The notes beneath the pieces are model-generated. The model saw only the letters and a list, made by a program, of their open reading frames with translations, searched no databases and was not told the DNA's origin. Below are positions 29,770 through 38,371 of a stretch of 64,000 nt of DNA, one piece after another; the first letter of the stretch is position 1; every line of letters starts with the position of its first letter. The position numbers and the translations under genes were made by a program. This DNA is from a virus: positions 21,826-85,825 of IMG/VR virus record IMGVR_UViG_3300042301_002266. The stretch is one strand, 5' to 3'.

Positions 29770-30025
29770 ATATAAAGATAAAGAAAAGTTTCACATTGAA
29801 GTAGATCAGGTAAATCATCCTGAGCATTATACATCTGATCCGTCTGGGGTAGAGTGTATTCAGATTACAAGACACAGAAACTTTAATATTGGAAATGCCT
29901 TTAAGTACCTATGGAGAGCTGGCATTAAAGATGATAGAAAGCAAATAGAAGACTTGCAGAAAGCAATCTTTTATATCAATGATGAAATTAATAGACTAGA
30001 AGGAAAATACAATGCCAACGTATGA
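29762..30025 (+). CDS. DUF3310-family protein
   Basis: VNHPEHY...ECI...FNIGNAFKYLWRAG.K....EDL.KA.FYI. Confidence 0.85.
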   Translation: MFEYKDKEKFHIEVDQVNHPEHYTSDPSGVECIQITRHRNFNIGNAFKYLWRAGIKDDRKQIEDLQKAIFYINDEINRLEGKYNANV

Positions 30026-30185
30026 GTATACCTGTATTGAATGTGATAAGACTATTACAAAGTCAAATGTTAGGGTAGATGACAGAGATCATCAGCAATG
30101 TGGAGAATGTGAAAATGTTCTTACAAGAAGTTGGACAGTTGGACACGTTTCTGTTTGGGCTCCAACATCTGGTGGATATCGTTAA
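30012..30185 (+). CDS. FmdB-like Zn-ribbon protein (57 aa, missing from the ORF track)
   Basis: MPTYEYTCIECD...CGECE. Confidence 0.8.
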   Translation: MPTYEYTCIECDKTITKSNVRVDDRDHQQCGECENVLTRSWTVGHVSVWAPTSGGYR

Positions 30186-30454
30186 TGTCAAAAAGAAAGG
30201 TACAGTTAAAGTATAATCCTAATTGGGATGTTAAGTTTGAATACCAGCATGGAAAAGATACTATTGTGCCAGGAACATTAGTTAAAATAAAGAATGTTCG
30301 TGGGGAATTTAAGTTTGAAAAGTATGTCAAAAATATAGAATCAGGTATGGAATGGATTGATGTTATTGGCAATACAGGATACAGATCCTTTTATTTGCAC
30401 GACTTTAAGGGTATAATTAAACCTAAGAAGAAAAGGATTAAAAAAGATGTCTGA
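30185..30454 (+). CDS. hypothetical protein
   Basis: TAATG-coupled start at MSKRKV. Confidence 0.65.
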   Translation: MSKRKVQLKYNPNWDVKFEYQHGKDTIVPGTLVKIKNVRGEFKFEKYVKNIESGMEWIDVIGNTGYRSFYLHDFKGIIKPKKKRIKKDV

Positions 30455-30962
30455 AATTGAACTAGCTAATCGCTGGGAAAACATTAACAGAGTTGCAGAA
30501 GAGTTTTTGAGGGGAAATACAAACCCTACAGTTATTGCTAAAGCAACAGGCTTTAAAAGGGCTGAGGTTATTGAGTACCTTGATGAATGGCGTATGGTTA
30601 TTCGTAGCGATAGACAAGTTCAAGTTCGTGCTCGTGAAGCACTAGCAGGAGCAGACCAACACTACTCAATGCTTATCAAAGAAGCATGGGAAGTTATTGA
30701 AGAAGCCAAGAGGCAGGGTCAACTTCCTCAACAGACTGCAGCATTAAAGCTAGTAGCAGATGTTCAGCAAAAGCAAATTGATATGTTACAAAAAGCAGGT
30801 ATGCTTGACAACAATGAGATGGCAGAAAAGATTGTAGAAACAGAAGAAAAACAACACGTTCTTGTAGAAATTATTCGTGATGTTGTTTCAGGCTGTGAAA
30901 GATGTAAGCCAATTGTGTTTGGAAAACTTAGCAAAGTAACAGGTCAAGCAGAGGAAATTTAA
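30447..30962 (+). CDS. putative terminase small subunit
   Basis: N-terminal HTH-like region, helical, coupled to terL. Confidence 0.6.
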   Translation: MSEIELANRWENINRVAEEFLRGNTNPTVIAKATGFKRAEVIEYLDEWRMVIRSDRQVQVRAREALAGADQHYSMLIKEAWEVIEEAKRQGQLPQQTAALKLVADVQQKQIDMLQKAGMLDNNEMAEKIVETEEKQHVLVEIIRDVVSGCERCKPIVFGKLSKVTGQAEEI

Positions 30963-32743
30963 TGTTTGAAGATATTATTGATCTTCTTGGTGGCGAAGAG
31001 TTTGAAGAAAAGCCAGTTCAGCTAGAAGAATTTGTTACATCTGAAGACTTCTTAGGTCTACCACCTCTTTCCAAGTATCAATATGATGCTATTAAAGCAA
31101 TGAGTCAAATTTATAAAAAACAAACTTTAATAAACTTGTATGGAGAACAAATAGGAACAAAGATATGGAATCAAACATGTAATGAAGTTATCTTACAGTT
31201 AGGTAAGGGATCTGGTAAAGATTATATGTCAACAATTGCTGTATCCTATATGGTTTATTTACTACTGTGTTTAAAAGATCCTGCAAAGTACTTTGGTAAA
31301 CCTCCAGGTGACTCTATTGATATTCTTAATATTGCTATTAACTCTGAACAGGCAAAGAATGTTTTCTTTAAAGGATTTAAAACAAGACTAGATAAGTCAC
31401 CCTGGTTTCAAGGAAGGTACACCCCAACTGCTGGTTCTGTTACTTTTGATAAAGGCATTACCTGTCATTCAGGTCACTCTGAAAGAGAATCATTTGAAGG
31501 ATACAACGTACTGTGTGTAATTCTTGATGAGATTTCAGGCTTTGCAACAGAATCAACTTCTGGCTCTGATCAGGCAAAAACTGCTTCTGCTATTTATGAA
31601 ATGTATCGTGCATCTGTTGACTCTCGTTTTCCAGACTTTGGAAAGGTGGTTTTACTTTCTTTTCCTAGATATAAAAATGATTACATACAAACAAGATACG
31701 AATCTGTTATTGCAGATAAAACTGTTGAGATAAAAGAGCATACATTTAAGCTTGATGAAACAATAGATGATGGAGTTTCTTCTAATGAGTTTACTGTTGA
31801 ATGGGAAGAAGATAAAATTAATGCTTACAAGTTTCCAAAGGTATTTGCATTACGCAGACCAACGTGGGAGATTAATCCTACAAGAAGCATAGATGATTTT
31901 AAGATTGCATTCTATAAAAATTCAATTGATGCCTTGTCTCGTTTTGCTTGTATGCCACCTGATGCTGTTGATGCCTTTTTCCGTTCAAGAGAAAAGATTG
32001 AAACTTGTTTTAGTGGAACTAATGGTGTAGATTCAACAGGAAGATTCTTTGAGTCATTTAAACCACAAGAAGATAAAGAATACTATGTTCACGTTGACCT
32101 TGCACAAAAGCATGACCACTGTGCGGTAGCACTTGCACACGTTGATAAGTGGGTAACTCTTAGTACCTTTAATGATCATGAAGTAATTAATCCATTTGTG
32201 GTTGTAGATGCAGTTAGATGGTGGACTCCAACAGCAGATAAGACAGTAGAGTTTAAAGATGTAAAGAATTATATTCTTGAGTTAAGATCACGAGGGTTTA
32301 GAATTAAAAAGGTAACATTTGATAGATGGAACTCATTTGACATCATGAATGAACTTAAATCCCTTGGAATGAATTCAGAAACATTGTCTGTAGCAAAGAA
32401 GCATTATGAAGATATGCAAATGCTTGTAGCAGAGGAAAGAATCTATGGACCAAGAATTGATTTGCTTGTAGATGAACTATTGCAATTACGCATTATTCGT
32501 GATAAAGTTGATCACCCAAGAAAAGGTTCTAAGGATCTAGCAGATGCTGTTTGTGGTGCGATATACAACTCAATTCTAAACACTTCTCGTGGAACTAGAG
32601 AAATTGAAGTTCATACTTTTAGAGACTCAAGAGACACAAGCCATAAAGAAAAAGCAGATACTTTTTATCAAGAACCAAAGAAAAGCATGAAGGACATGCC
32701 AAATGATATATCAGATTTCCTAAGTGGAATTGGTTTTATTTAG
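30962..32743 (+). CDS. terL: terminase large subunit
   Basis: Walker A GKGSGKD, Walker B VILDE, nuclease HVDLA, TFDRWNS, DHP..GSKDLADA. Confidence 0.92.
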   Translation: MFEDIIDLLGGEEFEEKPVQLEEFVTSEDFLGLPPLSKYQYDAIKAMSQIYKKQTLINLYGEQIGTKIWNQTCNEVILQLGKGSGKDYMSTIAVSYMVYLLLCLKDPAKYFGKPPGDSIDILNIAINSEQAKNVFFKGFKTRLDKSPWFQGRYTPTAGSVTFDKGITCHSGHSERESFEGYNVLCVILDEISGFATESTSGSDQAKTASAIYEMYRASVDSRFPDFGKVVLLSFPRYKNDYIQTRYESVIADKTVEIKEHTFKLDETIDDGVSSNEFTVEWEEDKINAYKFPKVFALRRPTWEINPTRSIDDFKIAFYKNSIDALSRFACMPPDAVDAFFRSREKIETCFSGTNGVDSTGRFFESFKPQEDKEYYVHVDLAQKHDHCAVALAHVDKWVTLSTFNDHEVINPFVVVDAVRWWTPTADKTVEFKDVKNYILELRSRGFRIKKVTFDRWNSFDIMNELKSLGMNSETLSVAKKHYEDMQMLVAEERIYGPRIDLLVDELLQLRIIRDKVDHPRKGSKDLADAVCGAIYNSILNTSRGTREIEVHTFRDSRDTSHKEKADTFYQEPKKSMKDMPNDISDFLSGIGFI

Positions 32744-32769
32744 TTGTATACTATTAGTATGGAGGTATT

Positions 32770-33141
32770 ATGTTTGACGAATTAAACAGCTTTGATGAAG
32801 AAGAATTTGATGAAGAAGAAATGTTTACCTACATGATTGAAAATGGTTACATAGAGATTGCTGGTATAGATCCAGATGGTGACTTTGTTTATAAAATGAC
32901 TAGAAAGATGGGAGAGCATTTTCCTGAAGTTTTTGAAGAGCATTTGGCTATTACTAATGCCCTGGTTTTTGATGTTTGGCAAAAGGGACTCCTTGAAGTT
33001 GTAATGAATCCTAATGGCACTTGGACCATTCAAGAAAACGAAAAAACAAGGAAGTTTGAAGATTATGAAAATGATCTTACTAAAGAAGAATGGCTTTTAA
33101 TGGCTGAAGTCAACGCTATGATTGACGAAAATAGTATATAA
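32770..33141 (+). CDS. hypothetical acidic protein
   Basis: GGAGG RBS; 123 aa. Confidence 0.65.
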   Translation: MFDELNSFDEEEFDEEEMFTYMIENGYIEIAGIDPDGDFVYKMTRKMGEHFPEVFEEHLAITNALVFDVWQKGLLEVVMNPNGTWTIQENEKTRKFEDYENDLTKEEWLLMAEVNAMIDENSI

Positions 33142-33148
33142 TATTATT

Positions 33149-34105
33149 ATGAATGAATTAGAAAACCTACTAACACCTGACGAAAAAGCCTTGCATGACG
33201 CATTAGTAGAAATTGCCCAACAATACGGAAAGTTTGATGAAGACGGTTCTGGAATTTGGGCAGGTTATGAATCTGCTGAAGAAAATGATGAAAAAGAAAT
33301 TGGAGTCAAGTGCTCAAACTGTGCATTATATGCAGGTGGAAACGTCTGTGAGATTATTGCTTTTGAAGTAGAAGCTGAGGGCAAATGCAGACTAGCAGTA
33401 ATCCCTGATGGCTATGTAAACATGTCTGGTCAAATGGATGATGACATGGACGATGATATGTCTAAAGCAGATATTAGTTTAACACCAACAGATGGAATGA
33501 AGTCAGCAGCCAGAAGAGCATTGGAATGGAAAAAAGAAGGTAGGCGTGGTGGAACCAGAGTTGGTTTAGCCAGAGCAAATCAAATTGTAAATGGAACAGA
33601 GCTATCAGAGTCTACTGTTGCTCGCATGTACTCATTCTTTTCACGTCACGAAGTTGATAAGAAAGCCACTGGATTTAGTTCTGGTGAAGAGGGGTTTCCA
33701 AGTCCAGGAAGAGTTGCATGGGATCTTTGGGGTGGAGATGCAGGATACTCATGGTCAACTGCTAAGTGGAACAGTATTAAAAACAGAAGAGAAAACAAAT
33801 CTGATACAATTGTAACCACGGAGGCAGACGCAGTACAAAAAAGAGATTACTCCCCTAAGCAACGCAGAGCAATGGCAGCAAGAGGTCAGGCAATGGCAGA
33901 TGGATCTTTCCCAATTGCAGACAGAGCAGACCTATCAAACGCAATTCAATCGGTAGGTCGTGCTTCAAGTTATGAAGCAGCAAAGAGACACATTATTCGT
34001 AGAGCTCGTGCATTAGGTCTTACAGAGATGCTCCCAGAAGACTGGAAGAAGTCCATGAGCAAGTCAGCAAATTATTCCGATTCAAGATTTATGAAGTATA
34101 TGTAG
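33149..34105 (+). CDS. modular protein: Cys-cluster domain plus two head-morphogenesis-associated modules
   Basis: CSNC..Y....C...GKC; GGT.VG.ARA...RM.SFF.RH...AW.LWGG; GSFPIAD..DL.NAI. Likely leaderless start at 33149. Confidence 0.6.
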   Translation: MNELENLLTPDEKALHDALVEIAQQYGKFDEDGSGIWAGYESAEENDEKEIGVKCSNCALYAGGNVCEIIAFEVEAEGKCRLAVIPDGYVNMSGQMDDDMDDDMSKADISLTPTDGMKSAARRALEWKKEGRRGGTRVGLARANQIVNGTELSESTVARMYSFFSRHEVDKKATGFSSGEEGFPSPGRVAWDLWGGDAGYSWSTAKWNSIKNRRENKSDTIVTTEADAVQKRDYSPKQRRAMAARGQAMADGSFPIADRADLSNAIQSVGRASSYEAAKRHIIRRARALGLTEMLPEDWKKSMSKSANYSDSRFMKYM

Positions 34106-34107
34106 TT

Positions 34108-34683
34108 ATGGAATGGAAACTATTTAAAGATAGTTCTGAATACATTACTGCTGAATGGTACGAAGATCGTGATGCAGCACATCACCTAGAGCAACCAGGA
34201 CATCGTGAAAGACTATTAGCTGCACATCAATTTGTATTAGATGCAATTGAAATGGGAGCAAAAACAGTTGTTGATTTAGGTTGTGGTGATGGCGGTATGC
34301 TATCTCTACTTAAAGAAAGCAACATTAAATCTTGGGGATATGACCTAGCACCCAATAATATTAAACATGCAACTGAGGTTCGCAAAGTAGATGCTAGGTA
34401 TACAGATTTTAATAATGACTCTACTATTGAGTATGCAGACATTGCAATTATGACAGAGGTTCTTGAGCATCTTGAAGACCCACATGGTGTTGTAAGAGAC
34501 CTACCCTCAAAGTATTTAATTGCATCTAGTCCATATCACGAAACTGATAAAAATTATTACGAATTTCACTTGTGGGCTTGGGATGTTGTAGGGTATAATA
34601 ATCTACTAGAAGACAACGGATACAAAGTTTTAAAAACAGAACTTATTGACGGTTCGCAAGTATTATTAGGAGTTAGGAAATGA
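34108..34683 (+). CDS. class I SAM-dependent methyltransferase
   Basis: VVDLGCGDG, GYD, EVLEHLEDP. Confidence 0.9.
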   Translation: MEWKLFKDSSEYITAEWYEDRDAAHHLEQPGHRERLLAAHQFVLDAIEMGAKTVVDLGCGDGGMLSLLKESNIKSWGYDLAPNNIKHATEVRKVDARYTDFNNDSTIEYADIAIMTEVLEHLEDPHGVVRDLPSKYLIASSPYHETDKNYYEFHLWAWDVVGYNNLLEDNGYKVLKTELIDGSQVLLGVRK

Positions 34684-34892
34684 TGACAGAATCAAAAGAA
34701 CGACAACTACAAATTGCAGATCGTTGTGACAGATGTGCAGCACAAGCCTTTGTTTTAGTTAAAGGTGTAACTGGAGAACTATATTTTTGCGGTCATCACT
34801 TTAAGAAAAATGAAGAAGCCTTAACTAAGTTTGCTTTTGAAATTGTTGATGAAAGAGATTTTATTAACGATCATTCTGCTTCTTCCGTATAG
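34680..34892 (+). CDS. small Zn-finger protein of actinobacterial type
   Basis: DRCDRCAAQA...GELYFCGHH. Confidence 0.75.
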   Translation: MMTESKERQLQIADRCDRCAAQAFVLVKGVTGELYFCGHHFKKNEEALTKFAFEIVDERDFINDHSASSV

Positions 34893-34896
34893 CAAA

Positions 34897-34977
34897 GGTA
34901 GAGTTGGGCAGGTGGTGAGCCCCATTGACTGTAAATCAATCGCTTTAGCTGTGTAGGTTCGATTCCTATCTCTACCA
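34897..34977 (+). tRNA. tRNA-Tyr(GUA)
   Basis: Acceptor GGTAGAG/CTCTACC, anticodon arm ATTGA-CTGTAAA-TCAAT, long variable arm, T-loop TTCGATT. No encoded CCA. Confidence 0.9.
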
Positions 34978-34996
34978 CGATATAATTAAATATCAT

Positions 34997-35069
34997 TCCC
35001 CAATAGCTCAATTGGCAGAGCGTTAAACTGTTAATTTAAATGTTCCTGGTTCAAGTCCAGGTTGGGGAG
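34997..35069 (+). tRNA. tRNA-Asn(GUU)
   Basis: TCCCCAA/TTGGGGA, TTAAA-CTGTTAA-TTTAA, T-loop TTCAAGT. Confidence 0.9.
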
Positions 35070-35073
35070 CAAG

Positions 35074-35146
35074 CCCTTCGTAGCTCAGTGGATAGAGCAA
35101 TAGGTTTCTACCCTACAGGTCGGGAGTTCGAATCTCTCCGAAGGGA
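35074..35146 (+). tRNA. tRNA-Arg(UCU)
   Basis: CCCTTCG/CGAAGGG, ATAGG-TTTCTAC-CCTAC, T-loop TTCGAAT. Confidence 0.85.
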
Positions 35147-35226
35147 CAATGTATAACTAAATAATCAGTCTTTTAACTTTCTTTATGCTAGGATAGATAT
35201 ATAGCATTTTAAGGGGAGAAAAAAAA

Positions 35227-35733
35227 ATGAATATTTATAAAACAATTGTTGCATTTATTATTGCTTTTGCACTAATTTTGTCAACATCAGTTACTGCAAA
35301 TGCAGAAGAATCTGTTAGAAAAAAGGCTGACTTTAACCAATCTATTAAAAAAGATAGATGGGTAACTCTTAAGTTTAAAGGTAATAGCCACTTAAAAGGT
35401 AATGGAAATAGGTCTCTATTTTGCTACCAATCATCAATAAAAATGAAAGGCAAAAAGAAGCCTAAATATGTTAAGCTAAGACTGGTTAGGCTTAAGGGTG
35501 GTAATAATGATTCAACAGCCACCAATACATACTATGTGGGATCAAAGCCAAAAAGCACTTTAGTATTTTCAAATTGTTGGGTAATTGAAACAAATTCCCC
35601 AGTAGTTGTACAAATTAGAATTACTGGTGGGAGCAAGTCTTATACTTCAGATATGAGACAGTTTAAAATGTGGACTCCAGGGGCTGATTATCCTGCAGAT
35701 TTTTCTGACTTTATTCCAGAGGGTACACTTTAG
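35227..35733 (+). CDS. secreted basic beta-rich protein
   Basis: Sec signal peptide ending ANA-E; similar to 36237..36626. Confidence 0.7.
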   Translation: MNIYKTIVAFIIAFALILSTSVTANAEESVRKKADFNQSIKKDRWVTLKFKGNSHLKGNGNRSLFCYQSSIKMKGKKKPKYVKLRLVRLKGGNNDSTATNTYYVGSKPKSTLVFSNCWVIETNSPVVVQIRITGGSKSYTSDMRQFKMWTPGADYPADFSDFIPEGTL

Positions 35734-35788
35734 GATATAATAAAGGTGGGAATTAATCCCTAATTTATTATGAAAAGAGTGGTTCTAA

Positions 35789-36178
35789 ATGGGTTTACCT
35801 ATTAAGGGTGGTAAGGTTACAACACCTTACAAGAAGCTTGGAAAGATGTGGTCCAAGGGCTACCACACAGGAGTAGATTTTGCAGTTCCAACTGGAACAG
35901 ACATCATTGCTGTTGCGGATGGCAAGATTGAAAATGCATCCTGGGGTGCCAGCTACGGCACACAGTTGGTACAAAAAGTTGAAGGTGGATGGGTAATCTA
36001 TGCACACCTTTCAAAGGCTCTAGTCAAGGCTGGAGATAAAGTAAAGAAGGGTCAGCACATTGGTGAGTCTGGTAATACAGGCAACTCCTCTGGTCCACAT
36101 CTTCACTTTGAAATGAGAGATAACATTAGATGGAGTGCAGGTAAGGACATTGATCCTGCCAAGATTCTTGCATCTTAA
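35789..36178 (+). CDS. M23 family peptidase (stand-alone endolysin catalytic domain)
   Basis: HTGVD, YAHL, GNTGNSSGPHLHFE. Confidence 0.92.
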   Translation: MGLPIKGGKVTTPYKKLGKMWSKGYHTGVDFAVPTGTDIIAVADGKIENASWGASYGTQLVQKVEGGWVIYAHLSKALVKAGDKVKKGQHIGESGNTGNSSGPHLHFEMRDNIRWSAGKDIDPAKILAS

Positions 36179-36190
36179 TTAAATAGTTTT

Positions 36191-36229
36191 AGCCCCTGAC
36201 TTGATTTTGTCAGGGGCTTCTGCTATACT
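36191..36229 (+). promoter_or_regulatory. 10-bp hairpin overlapping a TTGATT-17-TATACT promoter
   Basis: AGCCCCTGAC-TTGATTTT-GTCAGGGGCT; ATG 7 nt after the -10. Confidence 0.65.
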
Positions 36230-36236
36230 GTTACAC

Positions 36237-36626
36237 ATGAGTGAATATGTATCATGGAAAGCTGGAGATCCAAAAATAAAACCAGCACCCCAGAAAATTC
36301 GTCCTAAGACATGGACGCAGTTAGATTTTGGAGCACAAGATTCTATTGTTCCAAAAACCACAGGAATTGCAAACTGGGCTTTTTACATTAATGTATCAGA
36401 GCTTGGTGGAGCAACCGATATGAAGATTCGTTTTACTAGAAATATTGGAACTAAAGAAGCAGACTTTACAGGTCAAAGAATGCTTGATCTAAAGCTAGAC
36501 AATATCCACAGTGGAACATGGTTTTTCAAAGCAAATAAAGGACAGCCAGTAGGTCTTGAAGTTTATCACGCAGGTAAAACAGATATGACAGTTATTACCC
36601 GTGAATTTAAAATGTGGATTCCTTAA
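36237..36626 (+). CDS. hypothetical beta-rich protein, paralog of 35227..35733
   Basis: Shares Q.I....W..L.F and R.FKMW.P motifs with 35227..35733. Confidence 0.7.
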   Translation: MSEYVSWKAGDPKIKPAPQKIRPKTWTQLDFGAQDSIVPKTTGIANWAFYINVSELGGATDMKIRFTRNIGTKEADFTGQRMLDLKLDNIHSGTWFFKANKGQPVGLEVYHAGKTDMTVITREFKMWIP

Positions 36627-36630
36627 ACTA

Positions 36631-36659
36631 TTGACATTAATTTATTGTTATGATAACAT
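36631..36659 (+). promoter_or_regulatory. sigma70-type promoter
   Basis: TTGACA-17-TAACAT with extended TG. Confidence 0.65.
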
Positions 36660-36689
36660 TTACTATAACAACACTTAATAAGGATTTTA

Positions 36690-36842
36690 ATGGATAAAGG
36701 ATTTCAATACGACTTCTTTGCACAAGAATGGTCACACGTTTGTGGTGCCTGTAAAACTGAACTATATGCTCCAACCAAAAAACACATGGAAGGCAACTTC
36801 TGGTTACACACCCACTCAAATGATTGTTTGGGTGGCTGGTAA
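36690..36842 (+). CDS. small Zn-binding protein (50 aa, missing from the ORF track)
   Basis: AAGGA RBS; CGAC...HTH...C; TAATG-coupled to the next gene. Confidence 0.65.
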   Translation: MDKGFQYDFFAQEWSHVCGACKTELYAPTKKHMEGNFWLHTHSNDCLGGW

Positions 36843-37090
36843 TGGCAGCAGGTAGTGCATCAGATATTCCAGATTCCAAGTCTGATTACTGTCCTTGCAA
36901 TAGATGTACTCTAGCTCGTAAACAAGGCAGACAAGAAATTATTAGACTTGTTCGTGAATTACACACACCAGTAACTGATGGTGGCTGCGGTGATCCTGAG
37001 TGTTGTTCTTCAAGTGATTCTGAAGAATTTTGTAGCGAGTGTAACAACTATGATTATCCCTGCTCAACTATTAAAGCATTAGAAGGATAG
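36842..37090 (+). CDS. Cys-rich hypothetical protein
   Basis: CPCNRC, H.P, CSEC...YPC.T. Confidence 0.65.
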   Translation: MAAGSASDIPDSKSDYCPCNRCTLARKQGRQEIIRLVRELHTPVTDGGCGDPECCSSSDSEEFCSECNNYDYPCSTIKALEG

Positions 37091-37092
37091 AA

Positions 37093-37371
37093 ATGAATAA
37101 AACAGAATTAGAAAGCTTAATTTATTACGAAACAGATGAAGAGATTATGCTCATGGACGGATTTGAAGAAGCATTTATTGGTTTCTCTAGACGTTGTGGT
37201 CAACCTACGTTAGCAACTTATTCTTTTGACAAGATGATTCAGGTACTTGTTGAGCGTGATGACATGGACGTAATAGAAGCTGAAGAATATATTTCTTACA
37301 ACTGTGCTGGTGCCTGGATGGGTGAACTAACCCCAGTTATTTTATATGAACATGGAGAGTATAATGGTTAA
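37093..37371 (+). CDS. conserved-type phage hypothetical protein
   Basis: DGFEEAFIG...Y...KMI..L...EA.EY..YN..GAW.GE.TP pattern. Confidence 0.7.
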   Translation: MNKTELESLIYYETDEEIMLMDGFEEAFIGFSRRCGQPTLATYSFDKMIQVLVERDDMDVIEAEEYISYNCAGAWMGELTPVILYEHGEYNG

Positions 37372-37567
37372 GGAAACACCAAGAAAAAGTTATTTTATTA
37401 AGTCAACAGATGAACTAACTGATATTTATATAAATGGTCTAAGAACCTATGTTAAAAATCGTTTAGGTGAAACTGAGATGCACATGGAAGACTTTGCGGT
37501 AGAAGCAGCAAACTTTGCAGAATGTTTTTATGCAACAATGACTGCTCTGCCAAGGGACAATGCGTGA
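37364..37567 (+). CDS. hypothetical protein
   Basis: GGAG RBS; coupled. Confidence 0.55.
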   Translation: MVKETPRKSYFIKSTDELTDIYINGLRTYVKNRLGETEMHMEDFAVEAANFAECFYATMTALPRDNA

Positions 37568-37677
37568 AGCTTTCACACTCAGTTGCTGAGTTATTAATTT
37601 TAACCTTTGTAGCATTAAACTGCTATGTAAATGTAAGAAGATATGTATGGGATAGGAGGAAGCGTAATGGAATTTGA
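37564..37677 (+). CDS. small membrane protein (37 aa)
   Basis: GTGA-coupled; hydrophobic stretch and basic tail. Confidence 0.45.
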   Translation: MKLSHSVAELLILTFVALNCYVNVRRYVWDRRKRNGI

Positions 37678-37909
37678 GCTTCACCACGAAAAAGATGCTG
37701 GTCCAGTAGTCCGTTGGTTTGCAACAAAACTATTAAGTATTATGCACAAAATAGAAAAGCCCCTATATGACTATGCAGATATGTACACAGCAGTATGGGA
37801 TGACTATGAAGATGAAGATAGCCTTTCTGTGCCACACAATCAAATGGGAATATTTGACAACTTAGAAACTTTACCACAATTTGAACAACTAACAGAGGAC
37901 TTAATTTAA
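37667..37909 (+). CDS. hypothetical protein
   Basis: AGGAGG RBS before the ATG at 37667. Confidence 0.6.
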   Translation: MEFELHHEKDAGPVVRWFATKLLSIMHKIEKPLYDYADMYTAVWDDYEDEDSLSVPHNQMGIFDNLETLPQFEQLTEDLI

Positions 37910-38079
37910 TGTCTGAAAATGAATATTATTACAGAGATCAAATGCGTGAACTGCAAAATGTAAATATGTTTGTAAGAGTAAATACTTTAAGAAGTGTTTT
38001 GAATAAACTTGAATGGATTAAAGAAAATGATGGAAGCATAGATCATGCTATTGAATTTATTAAATCGGAGTTAAAGTGA
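37909..38079 (+). CDS. hypothetical protein (56 aa)
   Basis: TAATG-coupled; MSENEYYYRDQ... Confidence 0.55.
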   Translation: MSENEYYYRDQMRELQNVNMFVRVNTLRSVLNKLEWIKENDGSIDHAIEFIKSELK

Positions 38080-38213
38080 TACAAAAAGTTTTAAGGTATG
38101 CAGAACATTTAGGTTTAGATAAAGAAGAGTTATTAGAAATGACAATGTTAGAAGCAATGTTATTAATTGAACAAACAAAAGATATGTGGAAGGAAGTAAA
38201 ACAAATTGGGTAA
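38076..38213 (+). CDS. hypothetical protein (45 aa)
   Basis: GGAG RBS; GTGA-coupled. Confidence 0.5.
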   Translation: MIQKVLRYAEHLGLDKEELLEMTMLEAMLLIEQTKDMWKEVKQIG

Positions 38214-38334
38214 GCATCACGATAAAGTTGCAAGAGCATTAGAAATTAGAATTAAAAATGTTCCTAATAGAAGCGGATATAATACTCCTGGATCAATGAA
38301 TAAAAGAAAAACTGGATACAGTAAATCAAGATAA
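38206..38334 (+). CDS. small basic protein (42 aa)
   Basis: TTG start; MGKHHDKVARALEIRIKNVPNRSGYNTPGSMNKRKTGYSKSR*. Confidence 0.45.
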   Translation: MGKHHDKVARALEIRIKNVPNRSGYNTPGSMNKRKTGYSKSR

Positions 38335-38335
38335 C

Positions 38336-38365
38336 TTGACATTCTATTATTAACTATGTTAAGAT
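38336..38365 (+). promoter_or_regulatory. sigma70-type promoter, leaderless start
   Basis: TTGACA-18-TAAGAT, ATG 6 nt downstream. Confidence 0.7.
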
Positions 38366-38371
38366 AGAATA

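Noticed and set aside
21395-32743. Inteins or introns in dnaE, recA or terL
   Set aside because: Lengths are normal, motifs are contiguous, and no intein C-terminal HN or LAGLIDADG blocks were seen.
35074-35146. Possible amber suppressor tRNA (CTA in the anticodon loop) and TAG recoding
   Set aside because: The stem register TAGG/CCTA places TCT at positions 34-36. TAG also acts as a normal stop, and genes are intact in the standard code.
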